A stretch of DNA of 64,000 nt from Octopus bimaculoides (GCF_001194135.2 NC_068985.1:11552655-11616654), one strand, 5' to 3'. Counted from the stretch's first letter, positions 13,218 to 25,149 are shown. Notes: generated by a model from the sequence alone, not told the origin. Made by a program: numbers and translations.

Positions 13218-13966
13218 AAGTGAACATATACAAATATGGCTACATACATGCAAATATTTATATGTAACTATAAGTATACAGATATTTCGTTCCATCCAAT
13301 TTCTATCTCTCTCTGTCTTTCTCTGTCTCTGTCACACTCGCTATATAAGTGCGTGTGTTTGTGTGTGTGTATGTATGTATGCATACATAATTACGTGTAT
13401 GTATGTATCTATCTACCTATCTATTTATCTACCTATCTATTAGAAATTTCAGAGGAGTTATATCTATATCATTGACCGCAGTGCTCAAGTAGTACTTATA
13501 TTGTCAATCGGCGTGATTTAAACTTATGACATTAGGACGTACGAAAGGCCGCTATGCATTTTATCCTGCGTGATCACGATTCTACCTGCTCGTCACTTAT
13601 TTATGAAACGAACATCCAACAGTCACCAAACAAGTCAGAACTCAATGCTTGTTGGCAGAATACAAATTATACGTTATTAAGTCACAACTGAATGTGACAT
13701 TCACAGTAAGACTTGAAGTACAACTAAATAAACAGGTAATGTGGTCTGAGTTTTATTTTTCTAGTAGTTTTATCTTATGTTATCAAACCGTTTACAGTTC
13801 TATATTTGAGAGATGAGGAATTATGTACATTATTTACATTATTATTAGGGACAGCAAGGATATTTGAAGGGTTCTTGTCATATAAGGTTACTTATTGTAA
13901 CCCGATGTTCAGCATTTTTCTTTTTCCACCAGTCTAATCTGTTGTGTGTATGATAATAATAATAAT

Positions 13967-14231
13967 AATATAGAAAGAATTGAGGTAACTCCTCCTGAAG
14001 ATATAGAGTCAAAATTAATAGAAGAGTGCCATTGTTATCTAGTGAGCGATATTTCAATATCTTGTGTGTCTTCAACGGGTTCAAAAAATAAATTTGTCCA
14101 TCTACTTCATTTTGGTTAATATAGAAAGGATTGAGGTGACTCCTCCTGAAGATATAGAGTCTTTTAATTTTGACTATATCTTCAGGAGGAGTTACCCCAA
14201 TCCTTTCTATATTAACCAAAATGAAGTAGAT
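13967..14231. repeat. 151-bp-period direct repeat plus 58-bp-arm hairpin
   Basis: AATATAGAAAG..CTCCTCCTGAAGATATAGAGTC occurs at 13967 and 14118. Inverted arms 14100-14157 and 14174-14231 have 2 mismatches and a 16-nt loop. Confidence 0.93.
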
Positions 14232-14247
14232 TAATTATAATAATAAT

Positions 14248-14618
14248 GGAATAGAAATTGGCAAAATGTGGAACCTGTACACTAAAACAATACCTGTTGT
14301 CATAGGTTCCCGAGGAATAATAGTAAAAGGGGCTGATTGCTTCGTAGCTCAGATACCAGGAAACCCCAAAACGGCAGAAATTCAAAAGATAGTGGTCATC
14401 GGAATTGCCCATATCCTACGTAAAATACTGTCATCTCAAAATTTTAAAACAGTCTCAATTTTCTTAAACATTCTCTAGAACAACACTATGTACAAATCCA
14501 AATATATGGTACCCTAGGCATAACACCAGCATGAACTTCTGACTTGTTGTCTCTTTAGGTCTCTGGGTGAGACTTGGAGCCAGCTTGTACAAATACAAAG
14601 CAAAAGTCAAACATATGA
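14248..14618 (+). mobile_element. 5'-truncated Dong-like (R4 clade) RLE retrotransposon in (TAA)n
   Basis: Translates IEIGKMWNLYTKTIPVVIGSRGIIVKGADCFVAQIPGNPKTAEIQKIVVIGIAHILRKILS, matching the RLE C-terminal pattern EIxxMW..IPVVIGALG..IQK..GTAHILRK. (TAA)n lies at 14236-14247 and 14619-14640. Confidence 0.88.
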
Positions 14619-14930
14619 CAATAATAATAATAATAATAAATATTATCATTATCATTATTATTATTATTAATAGTAAGCGACTTGTAGCTTACTATGCTTT
14701 TTGTGTGTCATTATGTAAACGATAGGAACATGAAGCATAGATGCTTACATACGAAAGGATAAAACTCACTTTTAGCAGTTATTGTTTTTATTAAAATATC
14801 TGTTGGGAATGTCGTGTGTTTGTAGTTAAATATTGATATCTAACTTGATAGTCAAGACAAAAATTGAGAGATGAGAAATACAACCAAAGACTGTGTTATT
14901 GTGTTTATTTATGACAGTGCACAAGTATAT

Positions 14931-14966
<36 letters not shown>

Positions 14967-14990
14967 CTACCCTTATCTATGTGTCAATGT

Positions 14991-15349
14991 GCGGAGGCGT
15001 AATGGCCCAGTGTTTAGGGCAACGGACTCGCGGTCGTAGGATCGTGGTTTCGGTTCCCAGAGCGGGCGTCGTAAGTGTTTATTAATCGTAAACACATAAA
15101 GCTCAACGAGGCTCCGGCAGGGAGTGATGGCAAACCCTGCTGTACTCTTTCATCACAACTTTCTGTTGTACCTGTATTTCAAAGGGCCAGCCTTTGCACA
15201 CTGTGTCACGCTGAACCTCCCCGAGAACTACGTTAAAGGTACACGAATCTATGAAGTGGTCAGCCACTTGCACGTCAATTTCACGAGCAGGCTGTTCCGT
15301 TGATCGGATCAACTGGAACCCTCGTCGTCGTAACCGACTGAGTGCCACG
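14991..15349 (+). mobile_element. tRNA-derived SINE (OR1-like), full length, probable 12-bp TSD
   Basis: Head GGAGGCGTAATGGCCCAGTGTTTAGGGCAACGGACTCGCGG..GGTTTCGGTTCCC; tail ..CCCTCGTCGTCGTAACCGACTGAGTGCC. Flanking ATGTGTCAATGT (14979-14990) and ATGTCTCAATGT (15350-15361) match at 11/12. Confidence 0.9.
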
Positions 15350-15711
15350 ATGTCTCAATGTAATCACAGTGGAATTGCTTTCTAATTTAAATGGACACCA
15401 AAGTACTATCTCACATAAGATATTTTTCTAAAATGATTCTCTGCAAATTATGTATTCATTCCCAAATAACGTGTAAGATAAACGATTGCATGGAATTGAT
15501 ACGTCTTCAATCATATCTGTTCAATATTTCCAATTAAAAAAAATAATACCATCGATGATGGCCTGTTGCACGACAAGTCGGATTTTGCACTCTTCACGCA
15601 ATCTAACAAACTGTAATTTGTTTTCATTTTAGAACTTACATGGTTATAAATGCGTTTCTTATATCATTCCGGATACCGTTACATACAAAAAGTTATACAT
15701 AAATACCAACT

Positions 15712-15712
<1 letters not shown>

Positions 15713-15800
<88 letters not shown>
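15713..15800. repeat. (CA)n microsatellite
   Basis: Perfect CA run of about 44 units. Confidence 0.95.
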
Positions 15801-15805
<5 letters not shown>

Positions 15806-16797
15806 TTTATACTCACACGAACGCACAAACGTAATATCTCCGTATTTATATTTACGTACACGTATACATGTATGTATTACACACACCAACATACACGTTA
15901 AGCTTTTATATGTTCATATGTGTAGGTGTGTGGGGGTGTCTTTCCATGCGTAAATATGATAGTTATATATGAGATTTCAGTGTACTTGAATTTTTATTAA
16001 TGAGGTTAAACATGGTAAGAATGTTTGGCTGATTAAGCAGTTTCTGTTTCAAAAATTCTTTACCGGATTAACTTCGACAAAACGTTTCTTTGTATATTAG
16101 TTTTCCCTTTCTCTCTATGTATTCTAGCACTGTGCCTATATTTGTAACACGCGTCTGTGATAAGTGACATTAAAATCTTGCGTATCCGTTTCTTTCTGTT
16201 TTAAGACTTAGTATGTGTGCACAACATCATCTAATATACCCTTATACCAAAATAACAAATAAGACAAAAAACAAAAACAAAACAAAGCAAAACTAGATTA
16301 TATTATTGTTTGTGATACTTGGCTGCCATATCTAGCAGGTCGAATGAGAGCGTCAAGACCTCAATTGCTGGGTCGTTTCTGTGTTTGTTGTTCATTCATG
16401 TGTCTGCGTGTGTTTTCAGAGTGCGGAAGTAAAAAATTTAAATTTCAGCAGAGAACATCAAAACATGTTTCTATATAAATGAATATTAAGTTACATGTGA
16501 CCTTTAAAAAAACATTAAAAAAAACATTTCTATAATAAAATATTCTAGCGTATCCTATTTGATAGGTGGCAACTAGCAATAATTAGCAAGAGGCAATGTA
16601 ATCAAAATAAGCAAACTCGTATAAGGTCAAGGCGACACATTTTGTTGAAGAAAAACTTTGTAAAGTTTAGTAAAGAACGATACAAACGGAAATTGCTCGT
16701 TAGCTAGATCGACTCCAAGCTACACGTGAATTTTCTTGCTTTTGATTCCTCTTTGAACTTGTGCCTGAATATCTGTGTATGTATTTTAGTTTATATA

Positions 16798-16800
<3 letters not shown>

Positions 16801-16878
<78 letters not shown>
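16801..16878. repeat. (TG)n microsatellite
   Basis: Perfect TG run directly abutting the SINE dimer. Confidence 0.95.
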
Positions 16879-16881
<3 letters not shown>

Positions 16882-17301
16882 AAGACGGAGAGCTGGCAGA
16901 AACGTTAGCACGCCCGGCGAAATGCTTCTGAGTTCAAATTCCGCCGAGGTCGACCTTGCCTTTCATCCTTTCGGAGTTGATAAATTAAGTACCAGTTACG
17001 CACTGAGGTTGATGTAATCGTCTTAATCTAATTGGCTGTCCTTTTTGTCCCCTCTATGTTTAGCCCCTTGTGGACAATAAAGAAATAAGAAACGTTAGCA
17101 CTCTTGGCGAAATGCTTAGCGCTATTTAGTCTGCCGTTACGTTCTGAGTTCAAATTCCGTCGAGGTCGACTTTGACTTTCATCCTTTCGAGGTCGATAAA
17201 TTAAGTACCAGTTACGCACTGGGGTCGGTGTAATCGACTTAATCCTTTTGGCTGTCCTTTATATTTAGCCCCTTGTGGGCAATAAAGAAATAAGAGACGT
17301 T
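16882..17301 (+). mobile_element. Head-to-tail dimer of a Deu/Nin-domain-like SINE
   Basis: Two units of about 205 bp, each containing AGAAACGTTAGCA..TGAGTTCAAATTCCG..GAGGTCGAC..TTTCATCCTTTCG..GATAAATTAAGTACCAG..AATAAAGAAATAAGA. The junction is at 17088-17100. Confidence 0.9.
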
Positions 17302-18260
17302 GACTGATCACGCATCAATATGTAATTTGCTTGTTGAATTCTCCAAACAAGAGGTGCTGTTCTTGTGCTTAGCTTCAGTGATTCGAAGATATATGTAACA
17401 TAAGAGATACAACCAGGTGGGAACCTTGCTGTTTAAATTCACGTTATGTCAATGAATCGTTGGTGTTGCCAAAACGTATCATCTGAGAAGAAGTGTTCAC
17501 CGAATGTGAACTTGAATATCAAATAACACATTCGAGTTCGAATCTACCCAAAGGTTTTAAAAACAACTACGTACGCCAACGTTTTAAAACTGCTTTTTTA
17601 GGTCTGTGGAGGACAATTAATTTATGTTCTCCTAATAAGACGATAGGCAGTAATTTCGGAAGATTAGGTTGCCATTTCTGGTGTATGTAGTGACCATTTT
17701 CAATATTCCTTTGCAAGAAGATTAAACTAATTGCGAGGTGGCAGAACACTAACAATAGGTTCAAGTCGATTAAAACTCTAAAAAAAAAAAATCTGTCGAC
17801 CACACTGTTTCGGATTATACGGAAATTGCAATTTATAAAAATGCTGTGCACAAAAAAAAAAAAGGATACTAGAACAATATTAAGAACATTAAGCTCTCTG
17901 TTCTTAATCTGGAGATCATTTACTTCAGCACTTATTCCACTTCATCAGTTAAACAAATTCACATTTAATATGCCTCAGGCTCGCAGTTCCTTATATTTAA
18001 TTACAGCAGTCTGTATTATGTTGTTTCGCTTACAGATTTCTGCATGAAAGCTTATGAATAAAAATACACAATGACAATACTACACACACTCACTCACGCA
18101 CGCATGCATACACATGCACGCAAGTACGCACGCACACAAGTACGCACGCACACATATATACACATGCGCACGCACACACAATCACACGTACTTATATATG
18201 TATATACTTTAATTACATATAGGCATGCATATATGCATACGAGTATATACGCGTATATAT

Positions 18261-18291
<31 letters not shown>

Positions 18292-18584
18292 CATGTATAT
18301 GCATATGTGTGTATGTATATGTGGAGCGCTATTTCCTTTTACAGTGTATTTACCCACCCTTCGATAAGTAATTACCCCTATACACGTGAATACGTCATTA
18401 ACAATTCAATTAATACAAGCGAATTTAGCTCTTATTGGCCATACATCTCGTGTATTTGTATTAAGAAAGATTTATTTCACATTATGTCAATCAGCTCGTT
18501 CCTGCAGTATGAAATTATTGTAGCACATCACAACTATATCTGGTACATTTAAGTTTTTGTTTTTTTACACCTTCCTGATCATAC

Positions 18585-18691
18585 CTACGATCAATAATCT
18601 CTACATAGTTTCTGGACCAAGTAAAATTAGCAGCCAAAATCACCCTTAAATCATGCCTACTCTTAGTCCGTATCAAAATATTCATTTTAGC
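18585..18691 (-). CDS. Candidate internal exon (107 nt), unknown product
   Basis: Acceptor GTTATATCTCAACAG|G and donor TAG|GTATGA. Only one frame is open: AKMNILIRTKSRHDLRVILAANFTWSRNYVEIIDR. No homology recognised; this could be chance. Confidence 0.22.
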
Positions 18692-19283
18692 CTGTTGAGA
18701 TATAACATTTACCGTATTGATTTCGTAAATAGACAAAATGTTCTTTTTTTCTGAGTGAATACATGAAGACTCTGCCTATTAAAATCACATCAATTTTTTT
18801 CTTTTCTTCACAAAATATCACAGTAATTAATTTTTCCTTTGCCTTCATTCGCAACTAATATTTTCGTGTTTTTGTTTTTCTAACTATGCTTTTCGTTCTA
18901 ATGTGTCAAGCGTAATTATTTGGTTTCGATTATTTCAAAATAGAACATGGCATTATTTTTTTCATGGTAATACCTTATCTTCTATTTAACAACTAATTTA
19001 ATTAAGGTCTTAGTTTTCCTCTCGTACATTTCTATTTTGTGCAAATTTCCTTCCAATAAATTTACCGTTTAAGATTGAACGCTGTTGTTGTATTAAACTT
19101 TAAGTTACATATTATACTGCTTCACTTATACTTACATCTTCTCTGTGTCATCACACACAATCGTTCTTGTGAGACTCAGAACTCATTCAATTTTCATAAA
19201 TTTGATATAGTTTTTTTTATTTCCAATGATGTTGACGTTTACTTCATTTATCATTATACATGTGGTTGTCGAGATATATATAC

Positions 19284-19350
<67 letters not shown>

Positions 19351-20132
19351 AAATCAAAATAAGCAACAAGGATATCCAAAGTTAACGCAGTACGTTCGTT
19401 TCATGAGACTCCATTTATTTCAGCAATGTGAACATTACATTAAATGTAAAATGCACAGCACTCCTCAGCTGTACAAAACTACTGAAATTTCATTTAGTTA
19501 CAAANNNNNNNNNNNNNNNNNNNNNNNNNNNNNNNNNNNNNNNNNNNNNNNNNNNNNNNNNNNNNNNNNNNNNNNNNNNNNNNNNNNNNNNNNNNNNNNN
19601 NNNNNNNNNNNNNNNNNNNNNNNNNNNNNNNNNNNNNNNNNNNNNNNNNNNNNNNNNNNNNNNNNNNNNNNNNNNNNNNNNNNNNNNNNNNNNNNNNNNN
19701 NNNNNNNNNNNNNNNNNNNNNNNNNNNNNNNNNNNNNNNNNNNNNNNNNNNNNNNNNNNNNNNNNNNNNNNNNNNNNNNNNNNNNNNNNNNNNNNNNNNN
19801 NNNNNNNNNNNNNNNNNNNNNNNNNNNNNNNNNNNNNNNNNNNNNNNNNNNNNNNNNNNNNNNNNNNNNNNNNNNNNNNNNNNNNNNNNNNNNNNNNNNN
19901 NNNNNNNNNNNNNNNNNNNNNNNNNNNNNNNNNNNNNNNNNNNNNNNNNNNNNNNNNNNNNNNNNNNNNNNNNNNNNNNNNNNNNNNNNNNNNNNNNNNN
20001 NNNNNNNNNNNNNNNNNNNNNNNNNNNNNNNNNNNNNNNNNNNNNNNNNNNNNNNNNNNNNNNNNNNNNNNNNNNNNNNNNNNNNNNNNNNNNNNNNNNN
20101 NNNNNNNNNNNNNNNNNNNNNNNNNNNNNNNN

Positions 20133-20180
<48 letters not shown>

Positions 20181-20199
20181 CTTTTTATAATTTCAATTC

Positions 20200-21026
20200 G
20201 AATAAAATTAAGCGCTTGAAAATTCAAAATAAACAAATAAAGCAAAATAGAATAAGTTAAATGAAATAAAATAAAATACTATAATAGTCCGTCGGCTAAA
20301 CTACTAAATCTGATGGCAAAACATTAAAATGACAAAAAACTTTAAAATAATTTAACGTAATATTAGAAAGTACTGCACTTCCCTCAAGGGACACGTAATG
20401 ACAGCAGACTTCTATAGGTAAAATCCGTCTCTGCTCACCAAACTTACAACAGTTCATAAAAGCCACTGGTCAAAACACACATAAACACCTATGGCCATTT
20501 CAAGGGTTCACCACCGTAGTCCGTACACGTCATAGAGCAAGCCGGTGATGACCCCCTCCTCAGTGTAACAATTACAAACAAACAGCAGGATATGCAAAAA
20601 GAATTATTTTTTTATATGACATGCTTATATAGTCAAGAGGGAAAAACTAGTCCACGTCATAAAAAAAAAGAAAAAATTCAAATTGGCTGTAGTAACTAAT
20701 GCAATCCTCCAGGTTTCAAATCACCCTAACGCAGACAAATAATCTTCTTTATATTTATATTTTATATTTCTAGTTGGTGAGCAGAGACGGATTTTACCTA
20801 TGGAAGTCTGCTGTTATTACGTGTACCTTGAAGGAAGTACAGGACTTTCTACTATAACTTTAAATGATGTTAAATTATTTTAAAGTTTTTTGTCATTTTA
20901 AAGTTTTGTCATCAAATATAATATTTTACCGGATGGACTATTATAGTATTTTATTTCACTTCATTTTATCTTATTCTTTTTTGCTTTATTTGTCTATATT
21001 GAATTTTTAATCGCTTAATTTTATTC
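20200..21026. mobile_element. Fold-back / MITE-like element with about 245-bp imperfect inverted repeats
   Basis: Arms 20200-20441 and 20774-21026 are reverse complements (e.g. GGTAAAATCCGTCTCTGCTCACCAA / TTGGTGAGCAGAGACGGATTTTACC), separated by a spacer of about 330 bp. (TA)n lies on both sides, and the right end is lost in a gap. Confidence 0.8.
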
Positions 21027-21119
21027 NNNNNNNNNNNNNNNNNNNNNNNNNNNNNNNNNNNNNNNNNNNNNNNNNNNNNNNNNNNNNNNNNNNNNNNNNN
21101 NNNNNNNNNNNNNNNNNNN

Positions 21120-21153
<34 letters not shown>

Positions 21154-21394
21154 GTGTTTTATGTTGTATTTTATTTTTTATATATATTTTCTTAGGTATT
21201 TGTGAACTTTGATGTATTTCTTTATATATGATCGTTTATTGAGGGGACTGTTGTATGTTGAGTCGTTGACCGAAATGTAATGGTTTTATTCTGTAACTAA
21301 TAAGTTTTTATCCCTGTCTCAATTAACTTGAGCACTTCTCTTTGCAGTCCTGTAAAAACTAATTTGTTTCTTAATAAGAAACAATTATTATTAC

Positions 21395-21463
<69 letters not shown>

Positions 21464-21464
<1 letters not shown>

Positions 21465-22252
21465 TAGCTGATGGACCCGGCGTTGCTCGTGTTTTCCGTG
21501 TTGAAGTTAAGGCCGCCTCTCACCTTGTATTGAAATCTTCTACGTTCCCCTTGCCTACTATTACCTATTAAGATGTTATATCTGGTTCGGCAGGGATTTT
21601 ACCCGGTTAACGCTTTCGACATACTCCTACATATTGGACCGTCTGAAATCGCAGTCAAACTTTTGGGTGTACCTCGACCTGTTGAGAGTGATGTTTGTGT
21701 ATTTCTCTCCTCTTAATGCCATCCTCTGTACCAGATTGATCAGCATGTCCAATCTCAGCAAAATCCAAAGAAAAGTGTTAAGTTTATATCATAAAATAGA
21801 GTCCACGTGGCCATTTACATGAAAATATAGAAGTTATGGCCCAAAATAAAATTCCGATGGGTATTTGCACGCAAAATGCCTATTGATTTTATAAAACCCT
21901 TGCTCAGGAGCAATTATCGATTTTTTGTCAACGCCATAATACTGACATCAACTCACTGCCATGAGCCTTGCTCACTCGTCGATTTTCATCAAAATCGGAC
22001 AAAAAATGCAATAACTGCAGGAAAAATAACATCGTTATGGGAATTTCCATTCAAGCACCCGATTGAGCTCACAACAATCGATGCCAACTGAGAATTATCG
22101 AGTTTTCGAAAAATTCCGGCCTTATTTGAACTTCAGGGTATGTGCTCTACCTAAGTGCGAAAAATCATTAAAATCGGTTGGACGGTGTGGGAGGCGTTAG
22201 AGTAAACCAAAACACACACACACAGACACCATTACACATATATGTATATAGA
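21464..22252 (-). mobile_element. Complete non-autonomous Helitron (789 bp)
   Basis: The minus strand begins TC(TATATACA..) after an A and ends CGAGCAACGCCGGGTCCATCAG-CTAG before a T. This gives a GC-rich subterminal hairpin remnant, a CTAG end, an A|T target and no TSD. It has a 5' (GT)n tract and AACCGATTTT-type motif typical of non-autonomous Helitrons. Confidence 0.85.
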
Positions 22253-23416
22253 TGTGTGTGTTTGTGTGCACTGGCAAATAAGATTATATATATATCAACG
22301 AAAACGAGCTAAGTGATGTAACTCAGAATAGCCAGTGACATGTATTTGAATAACACAGAAATTTCGGTATGTGAACTTAAATTCTTAACTTATTAAAATG
22401 ATAGTTATCTCCGACTCTGGAGTATGTAAGATAATTACCAAATGCCAAGTAAGACCAGCTTCATACAAGAAAATGAGATAATCTCAACAATCAAGATTTC
22501 ACCGAAATTGACATGCCATTAAGGAAAACACAGGCTTATCATCTATATATATGAAGCAATTCGTTGACATATCTTTCTGGTTTAATAGCTTCAATCGGCG
22601 CGATAACTGTCCGCTCCAAAAAGAACAATCATTAAATGGACATTTATTCTAGCTCTTGCTAGACATTGTTGAGCCTCTGGCCTAAATTATGATTGTGCCT
22701 ATGAAAAAGAAGTTACGAGATTACATCAATAATTGATTAATGTTATAAGTAAAATTTATCATCTGAAAATTTTTCGCATTCAACTACAACACGATTTTCT
22801 AGCGCGTTATTGCTCCTGGTTTGTTTATTTTAATTTTAATGTTTTGTTCTGAGTAAAACTTAATCCTATATGGTTGAATTAAAATGTCTTTGATTTTTCC
22901 CGGAATCCATAGGTTTTGCTATTCTATCTTCTCATTTTTTTGCAATATATCTGTTTTTTTTTTATTTTGCGCTTGATTTTCCATGGTCCTATCCTGATGT
23001 CGATATGTGCAACTTTGCTAATAACACTTCAGTAAAAATAAGAATAGTAATTTCTACCGTTCATTAATTCTGATTTGACATTAAGCGTATATTCTGACAT
23101 ACAAATCGAAATTTTCAGACCCAAATTTACAACAAAAAATTTAGGTCGAAATATACCACAAAACCAATTGGGAGGACCAAAAATATCATATAAAATGCAG
23201 AAGGATTTGGGAAAATAGTGAAGATATTTGAAAGTTTATAATACATATTAACATAAGATACTATGTCGACTTTTATGCTGGAAAATACGATACAAGCAAT
23301 TTGAAGGAAAAATTACGTTCGGTCATGATATACAAAATACTCTTCTTCTTGGAGAGTGCGTGAGTACTGTCCACAAAGCTATTATACGATATTGATAAGG
23401 ATGAGACATTAAGTAT

Positions 23417-23659
23417 ATCATATGATCACGTGATCGACCAGACAATCGGATGTTATACATTTCTGGATACAATGCGTTTTCCTATCCTTTTTGCTTTGAA
23501 ATTATGTCACCGCGCTGGCTAGGTGAGCAGGCTAACATTTCCCTGAACGGAAGACTTGAAATGTTTTGCTCAAGAACACAACTCGCTTCCGCTCTAGGAA
23601 TCGAAACCACAATCCTGCGATCATGAGTGCAACCCGCGGAACCATTAGACCACGAGCCT
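23417..23659 (-). mobile_element. tRNA-derived CORE-like SINE (OR2-like head)
   Basis: Minus strand GGCTCGTGGTCTAATGG..TTGCACTCATGATCGCAGGATTGTGGTTTCGATTCCTAG..TTGTGTTCTTGAGCAAAACA; the tail ends GATCACGTGATCA. Confidence 0.8.
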
Positions 23660-23920
23660 TGTCTATTAATGATATTAATTATAAAACATTCTAAAAGTAA
23701 GACAGTATATTAATTTATAATTTTCTACTTTCTCTCTTAAACAAACTACATCAGAACGTGGAGATATTTAATCACAGAATCAGTAGACTATGTCTAATTG
23801 TCGTGTTCCCTCTTCCTGCAATTAATTCAGGTTGTAATAACTTTTAAAAGAATAATTTATCTGTCAATGACACAGAGACATATACATACATGTACATACA
23901 TATACATATATATATATATA

Positions 23921-24132
23921 TTGATAGAAATGGTAAGACAACAAAAGAATGAAAGAGACCTCGGTTTTATGTAAATATAGGAATATATATGTAAATATAA
24001 TATGTGACAATCATTTGGTAGTCATTATAAAATTCCGAGTTTCGGATGTCGGGGCGGAAACCCACGTGGGTTTCTACCCCGACATCCGAAACTCGGAATT
24101 TTATCGTAGCTACCGAATAATTGTCGCATATT
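23921..24132. mobile_element. Head-to-head inverted pair of an interspersed repeat (Penelope-like terminus?) forming a 134-bp loop-less palindrome
   Basis: Centre CAC|GTG at 24065/24066. Inner arms 24027-24104 pair at 37/39, and outer arms 23999-24026 / 24105-24132 at 21/28. The palindrome is directly observed; the Penelope assignment rests only on a CCGAAAC-type motif and is weak. Confidence 0.6.
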
Positions 24133-24868
24133 NNNNNNNNNNNNNNNNNNNNNNNNNNNNNNNNNNNNNNNNNNNNNNNNNNNNNNNNNNNNNNNNNNNN
24201 NNNNNNNNNNNNNNNNNNNNNNNNNNNNNNNNNNNNNNNNNNNNNNNNNNNNNNNNNNNNNNNNNNNNNNNNNNNNNNNNNNNNNNNNNNNNNNNNNNNN
24301 NNNNNNNNNNNNNNNNNNNNNNNNNNNNNNNNNNNNNNNNNNNNNNNNNNNNNNNNNNNNNNNNNNNNNNNNNNNNNNNNNNNNNNNNNNNNNNNNNNNN
24401 NNNNNNNNNNNNNNNNNNNNNNNNNNNNNNNNNNNNNNNNNNNNNNNNNNNNNNNNNNNNNNNNNNNNNNNNNNNNNNNNNNNNNNNNNNNNNNNNNNNN
24501 NNNNNNNNNNNNNNNNNNNNNNNNNNNNNNNNNNNNNNNNNNNNNNNNNNNNNNNNNNNNNNNNNNNNNNNNNNNNNNNNNATATATATATATATATATA
24601 CACGACGGTCTTCTTTCAGTTTCTGTCTAGTAAATCCACGAGGGATTATCAATCGGTGAAAAATACTTCATAAGCTCTGTTTACACACCAGACTAACAAT
24701 ATTACATAGATTAATGAAGAACTCCAGGCAAACTTTGGGTAGGGCCCAACTTATTGTTCATCACAAATCTATATTGTAAATCCCTGGATGGGCTTCAGAT
24801 AAACCTGTTTTCACAGAGCGATATATTAAAGACAAGTTAAAATAGTGGCCATCACTTATAAAAAAAAT

Positions 24869-25149
24869 CCTTTTATTATCGCAAATTTGGCTTACAGCTC
24901 TTTCCTGTACTTAGTATTGGTAGGTTTACTTAGTTGGTCTATTGATCAATTGAAGCAAATTGAAAGACATAAGAAAATAAATGATATCTTCATTAGAGCC
25001 ATTGCTGGCTCAGTCGGTGCCATTCCTGGCTCTGACGAAGGCATCATTAGGTCTTTCAATATATTTCAGTTGATCAATAGATTAGCTGAGTAAACATATC
25101 TATAATGACTGCTGGAAACAACTGTAAGCCAAATTTGCTATAATAAAGG
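24869..25149. repeat. About 280-bp degenerate inverted repeat (old MITE or inverted repeat pair)
   Basis: GCAAATTTGGCTTACAG (24881) pairs with CTGTAAGCCAAATTTGC (about 25122-25138). TCTATTGATCAA, TTGAAAGAC and AGAGCCA blocks are also mirrored. Confidence 0.75.

Noticed and set aside
14993-15070. tRNA genes at SINE heads (also about 6700-6777, 23585-23659, 34498-34565, 35990-36062)
   Set aside because: A/B-box-like motifs are present, but no complete cloverleaf is evident and each continues into a SINE body and tail.
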